Source: Phycisphaerae bacterium
Lineage (GTDB): Bacteria; Planctomycetota; Phycisphaerae; UBA1845; Fen-1342
Length of the DNA: 64,000 nucleotides
Reading direction: 5' to 3'
Assembly: GCA_050115495.1 (NCBI GenBank)
Contig: JASFQK010000025.1
Span: 30,462-94,461, forward strand
The translations under genes and the position numbers were made by a program. Below the pieces are notes generated by a model that worked only from the letters and a program-made list of their open reading frames with translations, had not been told where the DNA came from and did no database searches. Each line of letters begins with the position of its first letter. Within the stretch, counting starts at the first letter, position 1. Positions 34,738-44,127 of this stretch are shown one piece after another.

Positions 34738-36546
34738 GTGGCTATGCTGGTTCGCCACGACCGACCACGTGATCTTCGCTGGTACCTGGCCGGCCCGATG
34801 TTCTTCGGTGACCTGGGCACCAGCCGCCTCTACGTCCTCGGCCTGGCCTTCCTGTACGCCGGCATGGCCGCCCCCTGGTTCGTCGCGGCCATCTGCGTCC
34901 TCGTCGTCCTGGTCGGCTGGGCCTACACCGTCGTCTGCCGGGTAAACCCGGACGGCGGCGGCGTCTACTCCTCCGGCCGGCTGATCCATCCCACGCTCGG
35001 CGCCGTTGGCGCCTTTCTGCTCTTCGCGAACTACGTCGTCACCGCCGCGATCTCCACGTACGAGGCCATTATCTACATCGGTGTGCCGCTGGGCATGGAC
35101 CGCGCCCTGGCGCCAGTCATCAGCGTGCTGGCCATCGGCCTGATCGCCGCGCTCAACTTCGTCGGCCCCAAGCGAGCCGGCACCTTCGCGCTCCTCGTCG
35201 CCCTCGCCTCCGTGGGCATCACCGCCGTCCTGGCCGCCCTGACCATCCACCACTTGCCCGCCGGCTGGCAGGCCTTCACGCATCACGGTGCGTTCCAGGG
35301 CGCCCCGCTTGACGCCTGGCTCACGCTCGTTGCCGTCGTCCTCGCTCTCTCCGGCGTCGAGTCCATCGCCAACATGACCGGCATCATGGTCAAACCCGTG
35401 GCCCGCACGGCGAAGCTGGCCATCTGGCCGGTCGTCGGCGAGGTCCTGGTACTCAACATCATTCTCGTCCTCATTGTGTGCAGTCTGCCCGGCTTGCCCG
35501 ACCTCGGCATCCTCGCCCACAAGGACGAACTGACCCACTACGAACACGCCCTCACCGAACAGATCCTCGAGGTCGCCGCCCGCACCTATGTCGGCCCGAT
35601 CTTCGCCATTGTCGCCAGCGTCATCTTCGGCCTGTTGCTGCTCTCGGCGACGAACACCGCCGTCATCGCCATGATCAGCATCCAGTACGCCATGAGCCGC
35701 AACGGCGACCTGCCGGAGCACTTCTCCCGGGTGAACCGCTTCGGCGTGCCCGCCTACGGCCTGGTCGGAGCGTGCGCCCTGCCTGCCGTCATCGTCCTGC
35801 TAACCGGCGAGATGCAGGCGCTGGCCAAGCTGTACGCCATCGGCGTCGTCGGCGCCATCGCCATCAACCTCGGCTCCTGCGCGTACAACCGCCAGCTCAA
35901 CATCGGCCGGTTCGAGCGCCCCGCGCTGTGGATCATCGGCACAATCATGGCCGCCATCTGGATCACCATCCCCTTCAGCTATCTGCCGGCCCTGCTCTTC
36001 CTGGGCGTGATGGTCGGCGGCGGCATGGCCCTGCGCCTGGTGGCGCAGCGTGTGCCGGTCCTCCTACCGCGGGCCGCCGCTGCCGAGGAACTGGCCGCCG
36101 CGACCGACGAGACCGGTCTGCCGCCGTTCGATCCGGGCAAGGGCCGCATCCTGGTCGCCACGCAGCGCAACGTGAAGCTGCTGCGCTTCGCCTTCGACGA
36201 GGCCCGCCGGCGCGGCGCCAACATCTTCGTCCTCTTCGTCCGCGACATCGCCGGCGTCCTGCCCGGCACCGAGCGCCCGCTCACGCCCGACGAAGATGCG
36301 GCCGCGGCCAAGCTCTTCCGCCACGCCACGGAGCTATCCCGCGAGCACAGCGTCCCGCTCCAGCGCATCTACTGCGTGAACCCCGACCCCGCCGACGTGA
36401 TCCTCGACTTCGCCGCCACGTACGCGGCCGACCTGGTCATGATGGGTGTTTCGCGCCGCGGCGTGCTGCGGGCCCTGCGCGGCAACGTCATCCAGTCCGT
36501 CGCCGACCACCTGCCCGAGGAATCCACCCTGCTCATCCACGCCTGA
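34738..36546 (+). CDS. APC-superfamily permease with C-terminal USP-like domain (KimA/KUP-like potassium transporter candidate)
   Basis: FGDLGTSRLY (TM1), GGGVY, SGVESIAN (TM6), ~12 TM; USP-like RILVAT...ADLVMMGVSRRG. Confidence 0.8.
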   Translation: MAMLVRHDRPRDLRWYLAGPMFFGDLGTSRLYVLGLAFLYAGMAAPWFVAAICVLVVLVGWAYTVVCRVNPDGGGVYSSGRLIHPTLGAVGAFLLFANYVVTAAISTYEAIIYIGVPLGMDRALAPVISVLAIGLIAALNFVGPKRAGTFALLVALASVGITAVLAALTIHHLPAGWQAFTHHGAFQGAPLDAWLTLVAVVLALSGVESIANMTGIMVKPVARTAKLAIWPVVGEVLVLNIILVLIVCSLPGLPDLGILAHKDELTHYEHALTEQILEVAARTYVGPIFAIVASVIFGLLLLSATNTAVIAMISIQYAMSRNGDLPEHFSRVNRFGVPAYGLVGACALPAVIVLLTGEMQALAKLYAIGVVGAIAINLGSCAYNRQLNIGRFERPALWIIGTIMAAIWITIPFSYLPALLFLGVMVGGGMALRLVAQRVPVLLPRAAAAEELAAATDETGLPPFDPGKGRILVATQRNVKLLRFAFDEARRRGANIFVLFVRDIAGVLPGTERPLTPDEDAAAAKLFRHATELSREHSVPLQRIYCVNPDPADVILDFAATYAADLVMMGVSRRGVLRALRGNVIQSVADHLPEESTLLIHA

Positions 36547-36552
36547 GCGCGG

Positions 36553-37398
36553 TTACGCCGGCAGCCCTCCGCGGCGAATCTCCACGCCCGCATCGGCCAG
36601 CATCTGCATGACCTCGCGGGCGATCTCCTCGATCCCCTTATACGACGCGTCGAGGCACTGCCAGCCGTGCTTCTCCATCTGCTCGTGACTGGCCCGCAAC
36701 TCCCGCGCGATCTGCATGCGGCTGGCGTAATCGTCGCCGAGATCCATCCCCCACCCGCGCAGCCGCGCCTCACGCACGCTTTGCAGCCGGTACGGATTCA
36801 CGATCAGCCCGATCACCCGCCGCGGGTCCAGCCGCAGCAGTTCCGGCGGCGGCGGGCTGTCGGCCATCAGCGGCACGTTCGCCGCCCGCACGCCGCTGTA
36901 CGCCAGGTAGAAGCACGTCGTGCTCTTCGCCGACCGGGACACGCCGACCAGCACGACGTCCGCGTCGGCCAATTCTCCCGCCCGGCAGCCGTCATCGTGG
37001 TTCAGCGTGTACTCGACGGCGTCGATCCGGTCGAAGTACTCCTGGTTCGACTTGTACAACATGCCCGGCCGGGCTCGCGGCGCGTTGCCGAACAGATCGA
37101 ACAGCGCGATCAGCACCGGCCCCAGCACGTCCACCGCCGGCACCATGTGCTCGCGCGTCGCCTGGTGCATGGCCTCACGGGCCCGGTCGTACACCAGCGT
37201 GTAGAAGATGATGGCATCGTCCTCGGCGGCTTTGCGCACGAGTTCGAGCACTTTCTGCGGTCGCCGCACGTGCGCCTTCCGCACGATGCGCACGTCGGCC
37301 CGGTCGAACTGCACGAGCACGGCCTTGACCACCGTGTCGCACGTGCGGCAGGTCCCGTCGGAAATGAGATAGATCGTCTGGGTGTTCGCGCCGGCCAT
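36553..37398 (-). CDS. ppsR: PEP synthase/pyruvate phosphate dikinase regulatory protein (DUF299)
   Basis: IYLISDGT, YFDRIDAVEYTLNHDDG, ADVVLVGVSRSAKS, AANVP. Confidence 0.9.
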   Translation of the reverse strand: MAGANTQTIYLISDGTCRTCDTVVKAVLVQFDRADVRIVRKAHVRRPQKVLELVRKAAEDDAIIFYTLVYDRAREAMHQATREHMVPAVDVLGPVLIALFDLFGNAPRARPGMLYKSNQEYFDRIDAVEYTLNHDDGCRAGELADADVVLVGVSRSAKSTTCFYLAYSGVRAANVPLMADSPPPPELLRLDPRRVIGLIVNPYRLQSVREARLRGWGMDLGDDYASRMQIARELRASHEQMEKHGWQCLDASYKGIEEIAREVMQMLADAGVEIRRGGLPA

Positions 37399-37517
37399 GC
37401 TCTGCTCCCACCGTCGCGGCGCCCCGCGTCGTCAGGCGGATCACCGGCGCCGAACCACATGACGCGGCCTGCGACCACCGCGGCAAGCCCGTTGTTATGT
37501 CCGCCGCACCCGGCCGA

Positions 37518-38714
37518 TCAGGCCAGCACGCGGCGCAAGCGCTCCAGCGCCCAGCCCAGCTCGTCCTTCGTGATGCACAAGGGCGGCGCCAGGCGCATCG
37601 TCTGCTCGTGCGTGTCCTTGCAGAGCATGCCTTCCTGCAAGAGCTTCTCGCAGTAGTCGCGCGCCCGCCCGGCCTTCGTGTGGAACTCGATCCCCACCCA
37701 CAGGCCACGACCGCGAACCTCTTTCACCTTGTCCGTGCGGATCGCCCGCAACTGCTCCATCAGCCACGTGCCCAGTTCGCGAGCGTTCGCCTGGTAGCGG
37801 TCGGTCTTCAGAATCTCGACCACCTTGCGGCCGACCGCGCAGGCCAGCGGGTTGCCGCCGAACGTGCTGCCGTGGTTGCCCGGCTTGAAAACGCTCAGGA
37901 TCTCGCGCGACGAGACGACCGCCGAGATCGGCATGATCCCGCCGCCCAGCGCCTTGCCCAGGATGAAGATGTCCGGCTGCACGCCTTCGTGCTCGCAGGC
38001 GAACGTGCGCCCGGTCCGGCCCAGGCCCGACTGAATCTCGTCCGCGATCATCAGGATGCCCCGCTCGGTGCACAGCTCGCGCACCTGCCGCAGGTATCCC
38101 TCCGGCGGAACGATGATCCCCGCCTCGCCCTGGATCGGCTCGACCAGGAAGGCCGCCGTGTTCTCGTCGATCGCCGCCCGCAGCGCCTCGATGTCGCCAT
38201 AGTTGACGAGCTCGAAGCCGGGCGTGAACGGGCCGAAGCCCTCGCGGCAGAGCGGATCGTTGCTGAAGCTGATGATCGTCGTGGTCCGCCCGTGGAAGTT
38301 CTCTTTGCAGCAGATGATCTTCGCCTGGTTGGGGGCCACGCCCTTCTTCGTGTAGCCCCACTTGCGGGCCGTCTTCAGCGCCGTCTCGACGCCCTCGGCA
38401 CCGGTGTTCATCGGCAGCACGGCTTCCATCCGGCACAGCTCGGCCAGCCCCTGGCAGAACGGGCCGAGCTGGTCGTTCTGGAACGCCCGCGAGGTCAGTG
38501 TCACCCGGTCGAGCTGGGCCTGCGCCGCGGCGATCAGCTCCTTGTGCCGGTGTCCGAAGTTCACCGCCGAGTACGCCGCCAGCATGTCCATGTACTTCTT
38601 GCCGTCCGCGTCCTCGACCCACACGCCTTCGGCCTGGGCCACGACGACGGGCAACGGGTGATAGTTGTGTGCCGTGAAGCGATCGACGAGCTGGATGTGC
38701 TCCGCACCGGTCAT
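37518..38714 (-). CDS. rocD: Ornithine--oxo-acid transaminase
   Basis: AHNYHPLPVV, YSAVNFGH, LTSRAF, PMNTGAE, EPIQGEAG, DEIQSGLGRTG, LGKALGGG, HGSTFGGNPL. Confidence 0.95.
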   Translation of the reverse strand: MTGAEHIQLVDRFTAHNYHPLPVVVAQAEGVWVEDADGKKYMDMLAAYSAVNFGHRHKELIAAAQAQLDRVTLTSRAFQNDQLGPFCQGLAELCRMEAVLPMNTGAEGVETALKTARKWGYTKKGVAPNQAKIICCKENFHGRTTTIISFSNDPLCREGFGPFTPGFELVNYGDIEALRAAIDENTAAFLVEPIQGEAGIIVPPEGYLRQVRELCTERGILMIADEIQSGLGRTGRTFACEHEGVQPDIFILGKALGGGIMPISAVVSSREILSVFKPGNHGSTFGGNPLACAVGRKVVEILKTDRYQANARELGTWLMEQLRAIRTDKVKEVRGRGLWVGIEFHTKAGRARDYCEKLLQEGMLCKDTHEQTMRLAPPLCITKDELGWALERLRRVLA

Positions 38715-38897
38715 ACGCTGTTCCTTTCCGACCTCGGGAATGCTGATCCCGCTGGGCTTGATCCACCGGCGTGTCTTGCTCAAGGCGCGGCCCGCCCCGC
38801 CGGAAAACCGCGGCGGACGCGCGGCCTCACTATACCCGACCGCCGCCGCCGTTCCAATCCGCGTGGGAATCCCCCCGCCGGCCCGCCGGTCGCCGCC

Positions 38898-41800
38898 TCA
38901 GAGGCGGCTCGTCAACAGACGGACGAAGGTGGAAATATCGTAGTTATCCACGACGCCGTCGCCGTTGCAGTCCGCCCACTGCCGGCTGCAGCCGGGATAG
39001 GCCAGGGCGTAGGCCTCGGGATCCAGCAGGGCGAGCACGAACGGCCCCAGGTCGAGGTTGTTCACCAGGCCGTCGCAGTTCAGGTCCCCGCGCCGCGGAT
39101 ACACGCCGTCGGCCAGCAGCAGCATGTCGCGCTGGTCGAGCCAGCCGTCACCGTTGAGGTCGCCGACAGCCAAGTCGCCCTGTCCCGTCTCCTGCAGCTC
39201 GGCCACCGAGATCGTCGCCCGCGGCTCGTCCGTCGTCCGCTGCTGATCCGCGCAGCACGGCGGCTCGGCCGTGGTCAGGAAGTGATAGTGGATGTACATG
39301 TAGTCTTCCTGCCACACCCGGCCGTCGCCGCTGAAGTCGGCGTGCCGGTCGAACATCCCGCAGGGCGTGTGCCCGTCGTCCAGCTCGTCACCGTCGCTGT
39401 CGTAGTGCCGGCCCCACTCGGCCACCAGCACGCCGTAATCGCGGATGTCGATGTACGGGTCGTCGTTGGCGTTCCCGCCTAACAGCACCTTGCCGGCGGC
39501 AACGAAGTCGGCCACGTACACGCCATCCTCGATGCGGAAGTCCGGCGCCGTCAGCGTCGCCGACAGCGTGTGCAGCGCGTCCCGCACCGTCAGGCACGTG
39601 TACGACCCGCACGGCACATCCGTCAGCAGCGCGCTGGCCTCCGCCCAACCCGACTCGTCGCCCTCACTGAAGCTCAGCGCCGTGGCGTATTCCACCGGCA
39701 CCGGCTCGGACTCGGAGCAGTCCCATAACGCAAACGTGATACACCGCTCCAGCGTATCCTGCCCCTCCGGCAACTCGCCCACCTCGATCGCAACCGTCAC
39801 CGCCATCGTGTTGACCGGCTGCACCGTCACCATCTGCCCGCACGTGCGCTCGTTCCCGCAGGCATCGCGGGCCAGCCAGGTGATCTCCGTCGTCCCCGCC
39901 GGGTAGGGATCGTTCCACAGGTCCAGCCCGTCGTCCCGCCAGCCGACGACAGTTGGTGACAGATCGCACGCGTCCACGGCAGTCGGCGGCTCCTGATGCA
40001 CGAACGCCGCACACGTACCCGCTTCCGCCGACACGACGATATCGGCGGGACACGTGAATTCCGGAGCCGTCGCGTCCACCACTTCGATCAACTGCACGCA
40101 CTCGGCCGAGTTGCCGCAGGCGTCGGTCGCCGTCCACGTTCGGCGGAGCACGTACTCATGCGGGCAACTGCCGGCAATCTGATGCTCGACGAAAATCACG
40201 CCCGGCGCCGGGTCGCAGTTGTCCTGCACCGCGGGCATCGACGCCGCCGGCACATCGTCACAGGCCACGGTCACATCCTCCGGGCAATCCGCGAACGTCG
40301 GCGGCTCGGCGTCGACCACGGAGATATGTTGTACGTGCGTGCAGGCGTTACCGCAGCCGTCGTCCCACGTCCACGTGCGCGTGATCGTATACGTCTCGCA
40401 CGCCCCGTGCTCGCTCTCGTCCTCGGTATACGTCAGCGTCGGCTCCACCGCGCAGTCGTCGCTGACCGGCGGATCGACACGCGGCGGAATCTCGCCGCAC
40501 GGCACAACGACGTGGCCCGGCAGCCCCGCCGGATCGTCCCACGTCGGCGGCGTGTCGTCGTACACGTCGTACACGCGCGTGCACAGGGCCGTGTTGCCGC
40601 AGGCGTCCCGTGCCGTCCACGTGCGCGTCAGCGTATACGTACCCTGGCACGCCGGATCGGGCCGCTCGATCTGCTCGGCCAGCGTCACCACCGGGTCCGG
40701 ATCGCAGTTGTCCGTCGCCGTCACGAGCAGGTTGCCAAACTCGTCATACACCGGATACAGCACGTCGAGATCGGCACAAGCCACCGCCCCGTCCGGCGGA
40801 CAACCGATCAACTCCGGCGTAACCGTGTCCACCACGTGCAGGATCAGCACGGCCGTCTGGCTGTTCCCGCACGAATCCGTCGCCGTCCAGGTCCGCGTCA
40901 ACGTGCACTCCGCCGGACAGTCGCCGTCGTCGCGTTGTTCGTCGAACATCACCACGACGTCATCCGCCGGATCGTCCGGATCGTCGCACGCGTCGAACGC
41001 CCCGGCCAGCAGGCCACCTTCGACGTCGTACACCGGGTAGAGCGTGTCCACCTCGTCGCACTGCACAACAGCCTCAACCGGCGTCCCCACACCACCCGGA
41101 CAGTCCACCAGCGCCGGTGGCGTGGCGTCGATCTCGACCCACGCCCTATCCATCATCAGCGGGCAGACGTCCCCGGCGTCCATCGTGACCAGCAGCGACG
41201 GCGGGCCGTGCTGCCGGAACGTCACCAGCCCGTTCGTGGCGCACACCTCGTTCAGCGCCGTGAACGTGATCACCGCCATCGTCCGGTCCGCCGACGTACC
41301 GTGCCCGCCCAGCGCAAGCCCGACGGCGTAGTCGATCGTGCCCGCCAGCGGATCGACGTCCTCGTAGATCTCCGCGACAAACGGGTCCTCGCCCGGCGTC
41401 ATGCTCTCGAAGCGCAGCCGCCCGGGATCGAACGACAGGAAGAACTGCCCGCCGCCGATCGTGTACGCCTCGTCCACGCCGCTCATGCGTACGTGCACGA
41501 CGACCGTATCATCCGGCCCCACCCCTTCCGGAACGCAGCAGATCGCGTCACCCGCCGCGTTCAGCAGCGACAGCGTCCCCACCCGCGCGCAGTCACCCGC
41601 CACCCGCGCGTTCGCCCACGGTGACCCGCCGGTGAGCGTCCACATCGAGCCGTCCCAAGTCGCCGTGACCTCGGACAGCATCACGTCATCCGCGCTCCAT
41701 TCCTGGTAGTAGAACACCAGCGGCTCACTCGGCGGTGTCACAAACACCACGCGGAACTCGAGCAGCTCTGTCGGCGGCCCGTCGGCGATCAGCAGTGTGC

Positions 41801-42062
41801 CGTCGTTGAACGTCTGCCCCCACGTGTCCGGCACGAAGCCCGCCGGATCGAAGCCGTCCGGCTGCGCAAACACTCCGTCGGCCATGGCCAGTTGGATGTG
41901 ATCCCAAGGGAGCGCGTGGTAGGTGACGAAGCGCTGCGACCACCCGCCGCACGTCGCCTCGGCGGCGCCGATCGGCTCCAGCGCCGCCGCCTGCTCACAA
42001 GAGAGTACGGCCCCCGCCGCGAGCATCGCGGCCAGCGTCAACGTCCTTCGAACCGTCGGCAT
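38898..42062 (-). CDS. Secreted Cys-rich protein: cohesin-like domain, five HYR-like repeats, multiple dockerin/EF-hand-like repeats
   Basis: Signal peptide; GGQFFLSFDP...GTIDYAVG (cohesin-like); five TRTWTATDxCGN-type repeats; GDLNGDG, GDLNCDG...ADCNGDGVVDNYDI C-terminus. Confidence 0.85.
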   Translation of the reverse strand: MPTVRRTLTLAAMLAAGAVLSCEQAAALEPIGAAEATCGGWSQRFVTYHALPWDHIQLAMADGVFAQPDGFDPAGFVPDTWGQTFNDGTLLIADGPPTELLEFRVVFVTPPSEPLVFYYQEWSADDVMLSEVTATWDGSMWTLTGGSPWANARVAGDCARVGTLSLLNAAGDAICCVPEGVGPDDTVVVHVRMSGVDEAYTIGGGQFFLSFDPGRLRFESMTPGEDPFVAEIYEDVDPLAGTIDYAVGLALGGHGTSADRTMAVITFTALNEVCATNGLVTFRQHGPPSLLVTMDAGDVCPLMMDRAWVEIDATPPALVDCPGGVGTPVEAVVQCDEVDTLYPVYDVEGGLLAGAFDACDDPDDPADDVVVMFDEQRDDGDCPAECTLTRTWTATDSCGNSQTAVLILHVVDTVTPELIGCPPDGAVACADLDVLYPVYDEFGNLLVTATDNCDPDPVVTLAEQIERPDPACQGTYTLTRTWTARDACGNTALCTRVYDVYDDTPPTWDDPAGLPGHVVVPCGEIPPRVDPPVSDDCAVEPTLTYTEDESEHGACETYTITRTWTWDDGCGNACTHVQHISVVDAEPPTFADCPEDVTVACDDVPAASMPAVQDNCDPAPGVIFVEHQIAGSCPHEYVLRRTWTATDACGNSAECVQLIEVVDATAPEFTCPADIVVSAEAGTCAAFVHQEPPTAVDACDLSPTVVGWRDDGLDLWNDPYPAGTTEITWLARDACGNERTCGQMVTVQPVNTMAVTVAIEVGELPEGQDTLERCITFALWDCSESEPVPVEYATALSFSEGDESGWAEASALLTDVPCGSYTCLTVRDALHTLSATLTAPDFRIEDGVYVADFVAAGKVLLGGNANDDPYIDIRDYGVLVAEWGRHYDSDGDELDDGHTPCGMFDRHADFSGDGRVWQEDYMYIHYHFLTTAEPPCCADQQRTTDEPRATISVAELQETGQGDLAVGDLNGDGWLDQRDMLLLADGVYPRRGDLNCDGLVNNLDLGPFVLALLDPEAYALAYPGCSRQWADCNGDGVVDNYDISTFVRLLTSRL

Positions 42063-42156
42063 CGTCCGCCTCCGGAATTATCGTGTGCCGCCCAGCCCTG
42101 CTGTTATCGCCCGCTAAAACTGCCCGACGGGAACCTGGGAAAGTGATATGCTGTCC

Positions 42157-42186
42157 ATTGTAGACATATAGCCACTGCATTGTCCA
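42157..42186 (-). promoter_or_regulatory. Sigma70-like promoter of the cohesin/dockerin gene with overlapping GACA-N14-TGTC palindrome
   Basis: Minus strand TGGACA-N18-TACAAT in an AT-rich intergenic region. Confidence 0.55.
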
Positions 42187-42268
42187 GTTAATACGCGGCG
42201 GACGTGTTATCGGGTCTATGTAGTGTTGCTTGGCCGAAGAGGATATTCGGACCTTCCCTAGTCCGGAC

Positions 42269-44047
42269 TCAGCGCGTGGCCTCTGCCGTCTCGGGCGCGA
42301 CCAGCGTTTCCGCCCCGGCCGCCTGCTGCGCCACGATGTCCTCCCAGTGCCGGGCGTTGAACAGGCAGCCCGGGTCCCCCGCGTTCAGCACGCCGTAGTA
42401 CGCGTCCGATCGGGCCAAACAGCCGCCGCAGTAGTGCTTGAACGCACACACCTCGCAGTGCCCCAGCCGTCGCGTGCGGTCGCAGGCGATCTCCCAGAAC
42501 GGGTTGTCGCGGAACATCTCGCTCAGCCGCCGCTGCCGGATGTTGCCCAGCACACGGTGCGGCAGGTACACGCACGGCGTGATGTCGCCGTTCGGCTCCA
42601 CCGCGACGTAGCATCGCCCCGCCCCGCAGCCACCGAGATACTTGGCCACGACGCGAGCCTTCCAACCCGCGCCGCTGCCAGCGTGGCTCGCCGCCGTCCG
42701 CCCCTCCACCGGTGCGTGCGCCAGGCACACCCGCCCGAGCTGCGGCGCCGTCGACAGCACGCCGATCCGCCCGGACTGCATCCACTCGTTCAGCGTGCGC
42801 AGCACCCGCTCACGCTGCTGCGGGTCCAGGTCCTCGCCGCTCATCTCCAGCCCACGGCCCACCGGGATGAAGTTGAAGTGCGCGAACGTGCTCGCCCCGA
42901 TGTCCACCGCGAAGCGGATCATGTCGTCGAGCTCGTCGACGTTGCTCCGGTGCACGCACATGGCCACGCCGAGCCGCAACCCTTCCTGCGCAACCACGTT
43001 GCGCATCCCCCGCACCGTCCGCTCCCACATCCCCGGCTGCCCGCGGAAGGCGTCGTGCCGCTCGGCGTGCACCGAGTCCAGCGACACCTCCACGTACTTC
43101 ACGCCCGCCTCGGCGAGTTGCCCCGCCAGCTTTGGCGTCATCGTCCCGCCGTGCGTCGCCAGGCTGGTGTGAATGCCCCACTGCTGGCAGCGCTTCAGCA
43201 CCGTCAGCAAGTCGCAGTCGATCGTCGGCTCGCCGCCGGCGAAGGCGATCATCGGTACGTACAGCCGGCCCGCCTGGTCGACCAGGTCCAGCTTCTCTTC
43301 CAGCGTCAGCTCGTCGCTCAGCCGGCGATGCGCCGTGTCCTGGTAGCAGTGCTTGCACCGCAGGTTGCACTGGTTCGTGAAGTTCCACACCATGAACATC
43401 GGCGCCGAGAAGCGCTGCGGCACCGTGATGCCGAACTCCGCCACGCTCCGCGCCGTCAGCACCAGCCCCCGCACCGTGCTGCTGTGCTCCGCTACGCGCC
43501 GCCGGAACGTCTCCACCGGCGTCTGCCCCTTCAGTCGGCGGATGAGCAGGTGAAACGGCCAGAACAGGATGCGCTGCCGCCACGTGGCCTGCGGATTGCC
43601 GTACGAGGTGATGACCTCTTCGAGCAGCGTCGCCCGCCCGCGTCGCGACCGCGTCAGCATGCGCAGCACGCCGCGCATCCACCACTGCCCTAGGACGCGT
43701 TCGAGCCAGTGGTGATAGTCGAGATCGAACCGCACGCCGGCGGCCCCGTCCCCCTTCCCCGCCATCTGCCGCAAGGTCTCGGAGCTGCGCAGGTAGTCCA
43801 GCGACGTGATATGCCCATCATCCGGGCGGTCGGCCCGCTTGTCCGGGTTGGTCGAGACGGGCCACTGCTCGTGGTATTGCTTGCCCAGCCGGAAGGCGGT
43901 CGAGTGCGTCGGTGGCGCGGTGCGGCTCCCGCCGACGGATGGTCGCCCCGTCTCCGCCTCGGGTCCGACCTCGCTCAGCGGGACAGTCCGCGCGGTGGGT
44001 CGGTCGGGTGCTTCGTGGTCGCTCGGCCGGCCGGAGTGCTGGCCCAT
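42269..44047 (-). CDS. Radical SAM/SPASM domain protein with long N-terminal extension
   Basis: CNLRCKHC, AGGEP, VSLDS, SPASM CGAG...PC...CEVC...CGGC..R...DPGC; GGAGG RBS. Confidence 0.92.
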   Translation of the reverse strand: MGQHSGRPSDHEAPDRPTARTVPLSEVGPEAETGRPSVGGSRTAPPTHSTAFRLGKQYHEQWPVSTNPDKRADRPDDGHITSLDYLRSSETLRQMAGKGDGAAGVRFDLDYHHWLERVLGQWWMRGVLRMLTRSRRGRATLLEEVITSYGNPQATWRQRILFWPFHLLIRRLKGQTPVETFRRRVAEHSSTVRGLVLTARSVAEFGITVPQRFSAPMFMVWNFTNQCNLRCKHCYQDTAHRRLSDELTLEEKLDLVDQAGRLYVPMIAFAGGEPTIDCDLLTVLKRCQQWGIHTSLATHGGTMTPKLAGQLAEAGVKYVEVSLDSVHAERHDAFRGQPGMWERTVRGMRNVVAQEGLRLGVAMCVHRSNVDELDDMIRFAVDIGASTFAHFNFIPVGRGLEMSGEDLDPQQRERVLRTLNEWMQSGRIGVLSTAPQLGRVCLAHAPVEGRTAASHAGSGAGWKARVVAKYLGGCGAGRCYVAVEPNGDITPCVYLPHRVLGNIRQRRLSEMFRDNPFWEIACDRTRRLGHCEVCAFKHYCGGCLARSDAYYGVLNAGDPGCLFNARHWEDIVAQQAAGAETLVAPETAEATR

Positions 44048-44127
44048 GGCAGTCCTCCGCAGCGTACTGGCGCGCCGCAAGCGAGCACTATAGGGGATCC
44101 CCCCACCCAACGCGAGACCGCCCCCTT

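Noticed and set aside
34690..34740. c-di-AMP or other riboswitch ahead of the KimA-like transporter
   Set aside because: The leader is only ~45 nt and lacks recognisable aptamer consensus
42063..42268. RiPP precursor peptide next to the radical SAM-SPASM gene
   Set aside because: No short ORF with an RBS; the region is better explained as the promoter of the downstream gene
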